Positions 52,592 to 64,000 of a stretch of 64,000 nt of DNA are shown piece after piece. The notes under the pieces were generated by a model. It was not told where the DNA came from and searched no databases. It was given only the letters and a program-made list of their open reading frames with translations. The DNA lies in assembly GCF_018350175.1 (NCBI RefSeq), contig NC_058368.1:172238001-172302000 (forward strand), read 5' to 3'. Source of the stretch: Felis catus. Its lineage: Eukaryota. The translations under genes and the position numbers were made by a program. Each line of letters starts with the position of its first letter. Position 1 is the first letter of the stretch.

Positions 52592-53296
52592 TATTCTGAA
52601 ACCATATATACTATGGAATGAAGCAAGTAAGTAATTACAGAATATTCTAATTCAATCATCCTCTGAAACCTTAAGAACCAGGATTCTTAGCGTGAAAGGA
52701 AGGAGATACAGATAAACATACAAGAAGCTAAATAAAAAGTGCCTTTGTAATCCGAATTTAAACTGCAGCTATTAGTATGAACTCCTAAAGTATTTTATCT
52801 TAATATTAATATCTAAATAAATAAGGAATAAAGAATTCCCTGGCTGTGTCTAATAAAGCAAGCTTGAAAACAATGACTAACCCAGAAGCAGTAAGCAACC
52901 TTTGCACCCAGACTGTGGTACTGAAGTATCATTTTCTGCAGAGAGAAACAAGAGCTACTTGGGGAATGGTCACTACCAGATTTGGGACAAAAAATGCACT
53001 AGATGAGTCTGGAGTAACTACCAGACTCATGTCAAAAGACTCAAAGCCAACATCAAGACATTCATACTGGCCAAAGATAATACGATTTGAGTTTCTGTAA
53101 GGAAAATAATTACAACAGAATAAAACCCAAATATGTTTAAATCCACAATTTCGTAATACTATTTTTAAAAATTCACTGGGCAATTTCCAAGGATTATAGG
53201 TAATTAATGAATTTGAAAAATGTTAATGGAAAGATGAAGCATTCTGCTCTTCATTTGTTGAAAGCATGTTTTCAACAAATCAAGGATAATGGGACA

Positions 53297-53359
53297 TGTC
53301 ATGACTTGAGCCAAAATCAAGAGTCAGATGCTTAACTGACTGAGCCACCCAGGCGCCCC
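53297..53359 (-). mobile_element. Can-SINE head fragment
   Basis: tcatgacttgagccaaaatcaagagtcagatgcttaactgactgagccacccaggcgcccc with no tail. Confidence 0.85.
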
Positions 53360-53421
53360 TCCGTGTTTTATCTTAAAATAAAAAATACAAATGTTTTCTA
53401 AAAACTTTCCAGATCCCTTAC

Positions 53422-53535
53422 CTGTGCCTTGGCCAATTTCTTTTCCAGAAGGTCTCGTTCCCGCTCTGTTTGCTGCAGACGTTTATTAAGCTCCACTATA
53501 TCTCCCTTGAGTGATGCCAGGGCTGCCAAGTGGAG
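53422..53535 (-). CDS. MCC: MCC internal coding exon A (114 nt, phase 0-0): LHLAALASLKGDIVELNKRLQQTERERDLLEKKLAKAQ
   Basis: Translation matches the recalled human MCC N-terminal coiled coil. Acceptor tttctgttgccacag, donor CAG|gtaagg. Confidence 0.96.
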
Positions 53536-56204
53536 CTGTGGCAACAGAAAGAAAGGAGCACAAGATAAGTTAGATCCTTTGGCAGAAACATTCCTTCCCT
53601 TCATTCCTTGTAATTAGTGTGATCATATTAAAAAAATGCATCATCTCCAATGGGTGCTATTAAATCAGGTGTCTTCCAGGCAAGCCAGGTTATATGGTCA
53701 CCCTAAATGTAACAGGGGGGAGATTTATGTGTGGGCAGCAGGACCTAATTTTGGTGGTTAAATCAGGACAGAGAGCAACGCTTCTCATTCTCAGGGCTTT
53801 CACTGAGTTACTCAGTGAGAATGAGATTAAGAGCTGGTGTGGGGTCGCCTGATTCTCAACCTGAGCAGCAAGGAAAAGGGAGAACCAAATTAGCTTTTTA
53901 CCTTTGGGAATTATGAAAGGTGAATAGGGCAGTTCAATCACCCATATTGCCGCATGTACAGACAGACCATGGGGCTGAATATTAAGAAAAACTGGGAGAG
54001 GTCTTTTTTCCCCCCCCGCAGGACCTCTTAAAGTGGTCCTTGCCAGCTCATCTTTCCTCATTGTCCCCCACACAGACTACCCTGACTAGATGCTCCTTCT
54101 GGGCAAGTAGACCCTCTCGTAGAACTAGAATGCTGATAAGGATGCTAGGAAAAGACAAACAAAGAACCCCTCCAGATCTCTGTCCCCAGCCAACATCCTC
54201 AGGTTAACAGGAGCTACAAGTGATGTTCTTCAGCGCAGTAGCAAAGGGGTACCACCCTGCACTTCTGGGATCTCAATCTGCTCAACATCCAAGCCCAAAC
54301 ACTGAGCTGCAGCTGCACCAACAGCTACCACACCTGCCTTTTGTGGCCTTCCAGGCCAATGGCTTAAACAGATCTGTTTAGGATCTGTTCAACACACTGA
54401 TCCCAGAGCAACACCTTTCAACCTTCTTGGCCCTTTGAGTCACTACTTCTCATCGGTCTTCATCACCAGTGCCAGGGGGGGACTCAGACTGTTCCCCAGC
54501 TGAATTGTACACTATGTTTGGGTGAGTAGCTGCAATCAGAACAAACCTTCCTTCCTTGCAGGTTTTTAGTAGCTTCTGCCAAGAGGGAGTTAAAGGAGTG
54601 AGCAAATAAACATGATCTTTAAAGATGAACGTGGCACGACAGTACACAGTTCAACTTTGAAGATTTTAATTTCAGGTTTAGAAAATGCTTTTCTGCAACT
54701 GCATGTTGGCTGGTAGGTTTGTTGGGGGGCGAGGGGGAGTACGGGACAAGGATGTACAGGGCAGAGTCTGGGCTATCAAAGCAGTTGTTTATGTTAGACT
54801 AGAACAGCAGTGAATGTGACTTCGCTTAATGGCATCAGGGCTGCAAACCAACAGATCAATAGCCGATTTGAAATTAGGAATGCTTGAAATTTAAAAAAAG
54901 AAATGTCAGGCAATCTGGTGGTATTTGCCTTCTCGTGTAGGGCTACGGCTGCCCAGGAAAAGGTCACTTTGGGTTTCAGATACAAGGTTTTATGTGATGA
55001 ATTCTCAGCACAAATACCACAGTGTTCCCATTGTACAATCTTTTTGAGGCTGTTCTGCTTCCAGGAGGGTGGAGAGGGACTCAAATTCACTCCTTTAGAC
55101 AGCTGGGTTGCCCCCTCTGCCTCTGAACTGTCAATCTGAGAATTTTCTTTCAGTGTCAGACATTGTGGTCTGTTACACATTCTGTCGAGTCTTGGGAGAG
55201 GCTTTACCACTTCTCTGGAGAGAAGGATAAAATACTTGGGGAGCTGAAATGTTCTTTAAGAAATACAGGAGTGGAAACAAAGATCCCAACTATATAAACC
55301 TAGACAGGCCTCCTCTCTCCCACATCTCCCTCCTACTTCTGGGGGAAGGACAACCTGAAGGACTTGGGGGAGAATTAGGAGGGAAAGGTTGACAGAGGAA
55401 GCTCTACATTCCACACTAACTTCATAAACTGGGCCAGATGAGGAGACACACAGAGTAGTTATTTCCATCAAAGCACACAGCAGAGAGGGTCCAGGGGGTC
55501 ATCCCTACTGGGGAGAGTATCCAGCTTGGAGCAGATAACACCTTTGGGCCTATCAGCTCTCCAGATTGCCAGGAAGATCCATACGATGTGCATCTGGGCC
55601 AAGTCTCTTTGTTTTCCTGGATGGAAGATGCCTCTCTATGAAATGAGAGTAGACCAGTTGTTCTTCACCTTCTTTGGGTCACAAATTCCTTAAGAATCCA
55701 TGTAGGTGACAGATTCTTCTCTTAGAGAAGAATATAAATTTGGGGTTGATGCATGTATTTCACCTAATTATGGTGATAACACACTCTGGACTCTTTCCAT
55801 AAACTCCAAATTAAGAAGCCACAGATGCCACATAAGTTTTGTAGACTCTCTCATGGGTCATAATCGTAGTTGTTTGGGGAAAGGGCCCTGGGTACTTGAC
55901 ATCTCCCATTCCACATTTGCCGGTGAAGACCTAAAACCCAGAGATTGACTTGCTTACTCAAAATCCTATGGATAACTCAACACTAGCACCAAGGCCACCA
56001 GTGTCCTTTCCCCGCTATATGATGTTGTATGTGATAGTAATTTTCAATTTTTTATGTGGATGAAAACTTTAAAGTATTTCCCTGATTATAAAAGAAAAAA
56101 AATGTAACAGAAAAATAAACATTCTAACGTATTAGCTAGAATTAGAATTGTTTAATAAGAATTAGAATTAGTTAGAATTGTTTAATAAGTTTTTTTTAAT
56201 TTAT

Positions 56205-56414
56205 ATGTATTATTTTTTAATTTTTTTAATGTTTATTTTGGAGAGAGAGAACACACACGAATGGGTGAGGGATGGGCAGAGAGAGGGGGGGACAGAGGAT
56301 CCAAAGCCAGCTCCATGCTAACAGCTGAGATCCTGATACGAGGCTCAAACTCACAAACCCCTGGATCATGAGCCAAAGTCAGTAGCTCAACCAAATGAGC
56401 CACCCAGGCACCCC
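56205..56414 (-). mobile_element. Can-SINE
   Basis: Reverse element ending gccacccaggcacccc. Confidence 0.88.
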
Positions 56415-56975
56415 AAGTGTTATTTTTAAAAGAGGCTTTTGTATTAAAGAAACAAAAGAGTTGTGGCTATATATTCTGCACATGATGGCTGTAGCATAAA
56501 AACTATGAAGGGTTCTTTCTCTTCCTGGCTGCATCTTCTTTCCCCATCAATCAGCTCTTCTGATAGAAGATAAAAATTAAAAACAACAACAAAGTAGAAT
56601 ATACACATGTTCCTTAATGTTGCTGACAGTTACTCAACAGAAACTAACTACAGAGTGGGGGGCAGAGTGGATAAAACAGACATGTTGCTTAGAATCGGGC
56701 TGACGGCACCCCCTTACTGCCTGATGACTGAGCATGAAGTATGCTAAGTTGTCACTACAAGAAGACCCCCCATCAATAACTCAGTAATCAAAAGCTAGTT
56801 TGACCTCCCTTCTTTTTGGGTTTTGCTCCCCTTCATTCTGACAGACCTCCTGATATCCCTGCAAATTCAAAGGCTAGAGGGTTTGAGAGCAACACCACAA
56901 GTATTATCACACAACCTATGTCCTGCCAAGGCAAGTATTAAAAAATAAGAAGCCGAGAGGTCTTTTGGGGTATAC

Positions 56976-57083
56976 TTTTTTAAATAGGCTTCACACCCGG
57001 CTCGAAGTCCAACATGGGGCTTCAACTCACCACCCTGAGTTCAAAAGCCAGATGTTTAACCAACTGAGCCACCCAGGTGCACC
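56976..57083 (-). mobile_element. Short Can-SINE
   Basis: ggggcttcaactcaccaccctgag...caactgagccacccaggtgc. Confidence 0.75.
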
Positions 57084-57340
57084 TATCTGGCTAATTTTTA
57101 AAAGGACTAACAGTGGGTTTTAATTCTAGAAAGATAAATTTAACAAAAGTAACCAAAATTGTTAAATATCTGTAATAGGATAATTACACGTATACCATTT
57201 TTTGAGATCTCTTTACTTGTCTTCTGAGTTTGGAAATGCCCTCTACCTTGACTCAGAGCTTCAGACATATGACCCATAAAGTACCATTAAAAGATGTTTC
57301 ACTAACCAAAGAGAAAAAAACATATATAACGTTCAGAGTT

Positions 57341-57770
57341 TGTGCTAGTGTCCTCCCCAATTCATTCTTCTCTTCATACTCAGGAACGAGACCCTAATTT
57401 TGGGCTGGTCATATTGTCATTCAGCTAAAACATCCCAGTTGCCAGCCTCCCTTGCAGGTGGAGCTAGGAGTAGCCATATGATGAAGTTCTGACCAATGAG
57501 ACATAAGCAAAAATATTATGTGGGAGTTCTGAGAAAATCTTTCTGAGAGAAGTCATACCCTTTTTTTCTTCCCCTATCCTTGCTGCTTGGGGTACATGAA
57601 TGTGGTAGATGGAGCCCCAGCAGCCATCCTCCTCCTTAAAGATGAGGTCTATACTCCAGAGAGCCAAAACTTGCTCCTACCACCTTTGGACTGTTGACTC
57701 CAGAATTCTGTTGTATAGGCCACTACTATGCTGAAGTATTCTAGCAAATGAAGTCAATCTAATCCTAATT
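57341..57770 (+). mobile_element. MLT1-type MaLR LTR
   Basis: ccagcctcccttgcag...ccatatgatgaagttctgaccaatgagacataagc...cagcagccatc. Confidence 0.7.
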
Positions 57771-57914
57771 TATAAAGAACCAGAGAAGCCTGGATTCCAA
57801 TCTCATTTATGCCACTTGTAGGTGGACTACCTTTTGATAGTTTATTTAATCACTTTGTTATAAGGTTGCCATAGAGACAAATGAGACAGCATCTGTAAAA
57901 TAACTCGCACAGCA

Positions 57915-58036
57915 GTGCCTGGGTGGCTCAGTCGGTTCAGCGTCTAGCTCTTGATTCTGGCTGAGGTCATGGTCTCACAGTTCCTGAGATTGAGCCCTGT
58001 GTCGAGCTCTGTGCTAACAGCATGGAGCCTGCTTGG

Positions 58037-58082
<46 letters not shown>

Positions 58083-58143
58083 CCCTCCTCTGCTCTCACA
58101 CACACTCTCTCTCTCAAGATAAATAATAAATAACTTAAAAAAA
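57915..58143 (+). mobile_element. Can-SINE with long (CT)n, inserted in a MIR
   Basis: Full element with TSD aataactc(g/a)cac. Confidence 0.88.
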
Positions 58144-61100
58144 ATAATAACTCACACGTGGTGTGTGGAACCAGGTAAGCTTTCAACAAAGGCCCATTTT
58201 CCCTTTCCCAGCCAAGTTTTAAGTCAACAAGTTTCAAGTCAACAAGCTTCCCAGACTAAGCCCCATCAAAGGTAGTGGGTAGGACACTCAGATGAGTGAG
58301 TAAGCCGGTCCTGTCATGGAGCAGCTTACTTCCTTGTGGGTATCAGCATAGGATTGAGAGACCATAGCTGCTTTGTCGGATTCTGCTGAAGTCCTAAGGT
58401 TTATCTTAAGCAACTGACTGCCAAGGCTCTTAAATCTCTGTGAAAATTTTACCCGAGGCCTAAGCAAGGTGGGGATGGGACCTTGACACTTTCTAAACAA
58501 ATGTGGGTCTAGTGCTTGACGGATATAAATCCATACTTACTTCATCGTTCTGGAGATATGAGGCACTAAGTCCCCAGGCTGCTTTGAGACCTGCCTCACA
58601 TTCATTTTATAGTGTGTGTCCAAATGAGACTAAACCACCTGGAAATTTGACTGCAAGATAACTGTCAAAATGGCTGTTATTTTTGGATGAAACATTACTT
58701 CGCTAATATTTCATCATTCAACTAGCTCTAAGAACAGGCTTGCTTAGCCTAGGACAGACGCCAGAGGCCCGGGTGACAAGCCAGCAATGCCTTTGTGACA
58801 GTTCCTCCTGGGCTACATGGATAGATGCTTCTCCTGTTACATATTAGCTGTGTGACAAAGGGCTTCTTCACACTTCTTAAGATGCCCTTTTAAGCCAGCA
58901 GCCCAGTGACTCAAAGGAGTCTCCAGAAGCATCGCTGTGTATTTACAATTGTAAGGTGCTTCTCCACCTTGCTACTACTGGCAACAGCAACAAGCATGTC
59001 CCCACACTATCCAGTTTGCACAGCACTCTCCCCTGCATCAGCCCACTGGACCTTCGCCATCACATTCGAGCTCTGTGGCCTGCAGGGAAGCCCAGGGTTT
59101 CCTGTTTGCTGAGGGACAAGTACTTTTCCCAAAGTCCACAGTTGGTGAAGGGCATCCAGGACCTGAATCTAGGCTGCCAAATTCTACACCCGCCATTTTA
59201 ACCCATCTTTCTGGGACTCTGGTTTACCCTTTAACAACACTGTCTTCAAAGGGGCCAAAGTCTTCCATAGCCACACCTGAGACAGAGGAATGAATTCATT
59301 CCAGAATCTCCATCCAGACACAGGCACCATGGAGCACTAATGGTGTGATGGCAGAGGCGGCCTTCCCTGCATCGGTGGGAGGTAAGCTCATCCAGGGCAA
59401 ACTGTGCCTGTTCTTTCTTTCTTACTTGCTCTGGTGCTGCCTGAGGTGTTCTAGAAGTCATTCCCTGCCAAGGTACCTCTATTTCCTTTCTGCTGCATGA
59501 TGATGGGAATTACCATTCTGTCCCACTTGAGCCACCTGCCTTCCAAATACAAGGTATACCCCATTTTTGCTTAGGTTTGAGTGATGACGACAGGTAGTGC
59601 CAACTTCTTTCACCTAGTGAACTGTTTTCTTTGCTAAAGAGGAAGAAACCAGCACAACTCAACATTACTGAATGTACATGCTCTTGACAGGTTCTGCTGT
59701 TTTCTACACATTACCCAAGTGAATCAGCTGCAGAGCCCTGCAGAAGAAAGGGCAGTGTCTAAACCCCAATGCCAATCTTTAGGCATACTTTGAGAATTCT
59801 ATCTTGGGAACTGCCGCTTGGGCTAAGTGCATTTCGTGCAGTATCTCATTTAATCCTTGCCACAATGCTGGGAAACAGGTATTGTTACCTCTTGACAAAT
59901 GAGGAAACGCAGGCACGGAGTGGGGCAGAAAATCAGTCAGGGGCAGAAAACCGATAAAAAGTGGAACAGAGGCTAATGCAAAGGCACTCGATGCTCTAAT
60001 CTCTGCCATGGGCCTCGCTGGCACTTCTAAATCATTACGTCACTGTTCAACCTTGCTCGTGGGATGCGTATGCTTGTGCCTGTATGTGTGCATGTATGTG
60101 GGTGGGTGGGTGGATGTGAGGTCAGAGGCCAAATGCATGCATTGGCAGGGGCAGGATCTCCGTGGATGGGAGGAGCACGGGGAGGTGGCAGGGCAAGCCC
60201 TTGAGCAGCAGTGATGACATTTGGGGCTGGTGGTCAGCTGAATTCCGTGTGAATTTGGGGGAATCACTTAACTTCCTCAGCTTTTACACTCCTCTGAGAA
60301 GGGCTTGTACCAGATGGTCTCTAAGATTCTTCTGGGTTTACACCTATATGCGTGTGTTCCTGGCACATTCCACCTGACCAGGCCTCATGCTGAGTTCTGC
60401 ACTTGGGGCTTTGCGTACTTTATTTGCCCACTAGTCCCAGAAAGAATCTGCTGAAGCTCACCATATAAGGAAGCTTCACTATACATAGAATTGATCAGCA
60501 AAGATCGTTCTCGTAGAAACTGAAAGAGCACGCAGAATCACACGCAATCTTCCTGCTGGCGAGGGAAATCGAGAATATCTGGTCTAATTCCCTCACTGTA
60601 AAGAAATGAAACAGACCCAGAGAAACAAGGCTCATCAAATCCACATTTCCTCTTTCCCACTCTCCCATATGGCAATCCAGGAGCTCCCGGGTAGTGAATA
60701 AGTGTGTGTATCCCAGCCCTGTCCTTGGAAATAGCAGGAGACATCTGCACACGAGAAAGCAGCCTCACTCAGCTTCCACTCCAAGACTCCCCACATCCTG
60801 GGTGCTCTAATTCAGATACACAAAGAACAAATTCCCTGGCAAAAGGATAATGTTGCCTCCCAGATGGACACAATCAGGCCTGTTCAGTGGCTTCCAGGGC
60901 TAGAACATTCCGATTTATTGCTAGAACTCCAGCTAGGAGTGCCTGCTGTGTATTAACTTCAAAAAAGGTTGCTCGTGGCCTTAAAACTCAAAACTCATTA
61001 AATATCATCTACGATTTTGCTCACTGCGTGCAAATCACTTTTTGCTGCCCTCCATCAACTCAGAAAGCATCAGCTTTTTGTCCTTCATTTTTACCTGATA

Positions 61101-61469
61101 CTTTCACCGAGAGATCAGTGGCCCAAGTTACTTTTTAAACCTCTGTTGAAATTCAGTTGTTGAAAACAGCATTTAAGTCCTCTTCAACATGGTAACACGA
61201 GAGTATCATTCATAGGAGAAAAACTGTCCCCATCCAAGGGTGCTTGACATAGGTGATGGCACCAAATCACAAAGCAGGGCCCAGGTACTAACCGTGAAGG
61301 TGGCCACACCTAAAGCCACTCTTTCTTTGTCTCAAATAAATGGTCAGGGAGGTGGCTCTCAAAAAAGGGGAGCTGTCCAAGATTGGGCATCCCCAGCTTT
61401 GAAGCAATCCTCCGTCCTACCCATCCATGAACATATGCTTCTGTAAAAATACATCACATGACTAACAAG

Positions 61470-61690
61470 TGGGTACTTACTATGTGCTAGGTGCTACACT
61501 AAGCATGTAACATGCACTTTCTCAATCATTCTTCACATTGCCTTATGAGTATGCTTCGTTGTTAGCCCCAATCTAAGGAGGTCAGAAATTGAGGCTTACA
61601 AGTTCAGCACCTTGTCAAACGAGGAAGTGGCAGGGCTAGCATAAAGCTCCGGTCTGTCTAATCCCGGAGCCCGGCTCATAACTGCCATGC
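61470..61690 (-). mobile_element. MIR fragment
   Basis: tacttactatgtgctaggtgctacactaag...gaaattgaggct. Confidence 0.6.
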
Positions 61691-62284
61691 CTCCTGATTT
61701 GCAAGAGACTATCCTAGCCCTTCTGAGATCCTCCCAGACACCCATGAAACTGTTGAGAAGATAAGATCTCGACAGAGGGTTCTTTTTATAAGAAGGGAAA
61801 GCAGAATTGCAAAATTAGCACGGGCAAAAGGACATCAATTCTTTAAAACTTCCAACACTGAGAAATAGAAGACCATTCAGCTGATATCACACGCAGGTAG
61901 TTATCAGAGAGAAATTAATCTCCAGCTATTTCCACACCCTACAAGGTAAAGAGGAAAATACTGCAGCGTAGGTGAAAAGCTAAATAAACAGAACATAGGA
62001 GAAAAGGTTACTTTAACTGATCTTCAAAAATAAAAAAAAAATTGAGCTCTCTCCTTGTAACTTCATTATTGCGGTATGTGCAGTTAACTGTTACTCACGG
62101 TGTATTCTCATGACTTTGAGGATCCAGAGATTTCTGGCCAAGAAACAAAAGCAGAACCTGAACTCCACCCCCACCCCAGCCATCCCTTTGTGGATCTGGA
62201 TGAAAACTGGTGATAAAATCAGGTACAGCTCCAGGAGGCGGCACTGGAGAAAAACCAAACTGGGTCTACAAGTAATCACAATGA

Positions 62285-62398
62285 GATGGCGTACCTATTC
62301 ATGCCCTATCAAGGTCATGTGAGATGGTGCATATGTTCATGCTTTATCAAGCTCACACTTGATGGCGCCCATATTCATGCTCTATCAAGCTCATTCGC
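62285..62398. repeat. Diverged 38-bp minisatellite, three copies
   Basis: Units start at 62285, 62323 and 62361 and share gatgg...ttcatgc..tatcaag.tca. Confidence 0.85.
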
Positions 62399-63430
62399 TC
62401 ATACCTATCACTTTAAGTATCACTACCACCTGGGCAATTGACATTTTTGCTGGAAAAATGATTTTTCTGTTCCTGGAAAAATAATTTTTCTGTTCCTGTA
62501 CTTCCGCACTGGTGGGTTGGTTCAGTAATAGGTGAAACCTTTTTTTGAAAAAAAAAATGATAAATTAAAAAAAAATCTGTTAAGTTTACTAAATTAAAAA
62601 AAAATCTTAATAGATTTTTAAAATTTACTATGCAAGTATTATAGTACAATATTTGCCAGTAAGTTGCTTACTACTTTCTGTTAACAAATTCTTACTGTTT
62701 ATAGTGTTATTTTATTTTCATGGAAAACCAAAATTGCATGTATATACAAGGATATTTGGAAAGAAACACAGACAAAATAAAGACACTGCAATAAACTGGT
62801 AGCACCCACTTAAATTTCAAGGTGTGTTGCATCCTAATGACACATCATGAAAGAGATGACAGTGTAACAATGAAATCCTGCTAATCAGAGGACATTAAGA
62901 TTTCAGCGTGCACTAAATACTGATGTGATCCCTGAGGCAGAAACTCCCACAGAGAATTCTATGAACAGGAGTAAAAGAGTTCCCTGATAAGGCCTGCATT
63001 GTTCATAAATTTTTATACTGATCCAATTTAGCAGGTATTGAATTCCCCATTCTAGGGAAACCAAGTACCTTTAACGGCGAAAACAGTCAATAAACTCTGC
63101 AGATCAGCAAAGGACAAAGTATGTTTATAGCAATAGTTGAACTGCTTTGGAAGGACCCTATTTTTTACTGGATTGAGGACAGTGTTTTTTCTTTGGGAAA
63201 ACTACTGAAAACTTAGATTTGAGTGTCTGTGTGCATACATACACAGATACATACTTATACATATAACACTAACACATGTATATATACATGCGAAATTTCT
63301 AAGTATACAAAACTCCAGGCATGTGCTTTCAGACTTTTCACTAAAGCACAGGACACAGCTAAGATGTTGACTACTGAAATATTCGATACAATCATTTTTA
63401 AGTGCATACCTAGCCATTAAAATTACTGAC

Positions 63431-63662
63431 GGGCGCCTGGGTGGCTCAGTCGGTTAAGCATCCGACTTTAGCTCAGGTCATGATCTCATGGTTTGTTGGC
63501 TTCAAGCCCCTCATTGGGCTCTGTGCTGACAGCTCAGGGCCCCGGGAGCCTGCTTCAGATTCTGTGTCTCCGTCTCTCTCAGTCCCTCCCTTGCTCGCAC
63601 CCTGTGTCTGTCTGTCTGTCTGTCTGTCTCTCTTTCTTAAAAATAACCATTTTAAAAAATTA
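63431..63662 (+). mobile_element. Feline Can-SINE with a (TCTG)n expansion
   Basis: gggcgcctgggtggctcagtcggttaagc head and an A-rich tail. Confidence 0.9.
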
Positions 63663-64000
63663 ATAAAATACTTTAATATGCACTACACTTAAAGAAAATC
63701 CCTTTAAAATGTCTGATGCCAGTTCTCATTTCAGCAAAGGCACAGGCAGGAGAAGGCACTGACTTCTCCCTCCTCACCACAGGCTGCTGACTGATGGGCC
63801 ATTTTACACTCACTGTTACATCTAATCCAAAGCACCAGGAAAGAGCAGGAGACACACATTTCAAATCTGCTCAAATGTTCTCTCCCATCAGGGGTCCTGC
63901 TGATTGTTCAGAGAACAGTGCGTTCAGCTACAGAGAAAAGGTCTGAATCCTCTCTCCTTTCCAAATCGCCTAACCCCGCCAATATCAGCCACAACCAGAA

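Larger units (their letters stand above)
48850..53260 (+). mobile_element. Ancient L1/HAL1-like remnant (ORF1-like and 3' UTR-like) hosting several younger insertions
   Basis: A-rich ORF1-like text at 49850-50290 and 51520-52100 (gagccctccctgaagaatctactagaaaat). L1MC-like UTR text at 52600-53260. Confidence 0.55.

Noticed and set aside
62285..62398. CRISPR-like periodicity
   Set aside because: Eukaryotic intron, contiguous units with no unique spacers and no cas genes.

Overview
Mammalian genomic DNA from a felid, inferred from roughly 30 feline-type Can-SINE (SINEC_Fc-like) copies. The whole window lies inside the MCC (mutated in colorectal cancers) gene on the minus strand. Five consecutive internal coding exons (53422-53535, 39624-39766, 30240-30382, 13467-13630, 10164-10370) have GT-AG boundaries and compatible phases, and splice into a continuous 257-codon coiled-coil segment. 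The start and stop exons are outside the window. The rest is intron containing SINEs, L1/HAL1-like, L2 and MIR fragments, MaLR/ERVL LTRs, hAT elements and microsatellites. Almost all ORFs in the supplied track are spurious. I found no convincing new gene or biological system. The most notable unexplained signals are: a non-SINE inverted repeat (31419-31454 / 32585-32620); a recent 285-bp tandem duplication; a triplicated SINE target site; oppositely oriented SINE clusters around the last two exons; and a CpG-rich old L1 fragment. Gene and repeat names come from recalled sequences, not database searches, and repeat boundaries are approximate unless a target-site duplication (TSD) is given.
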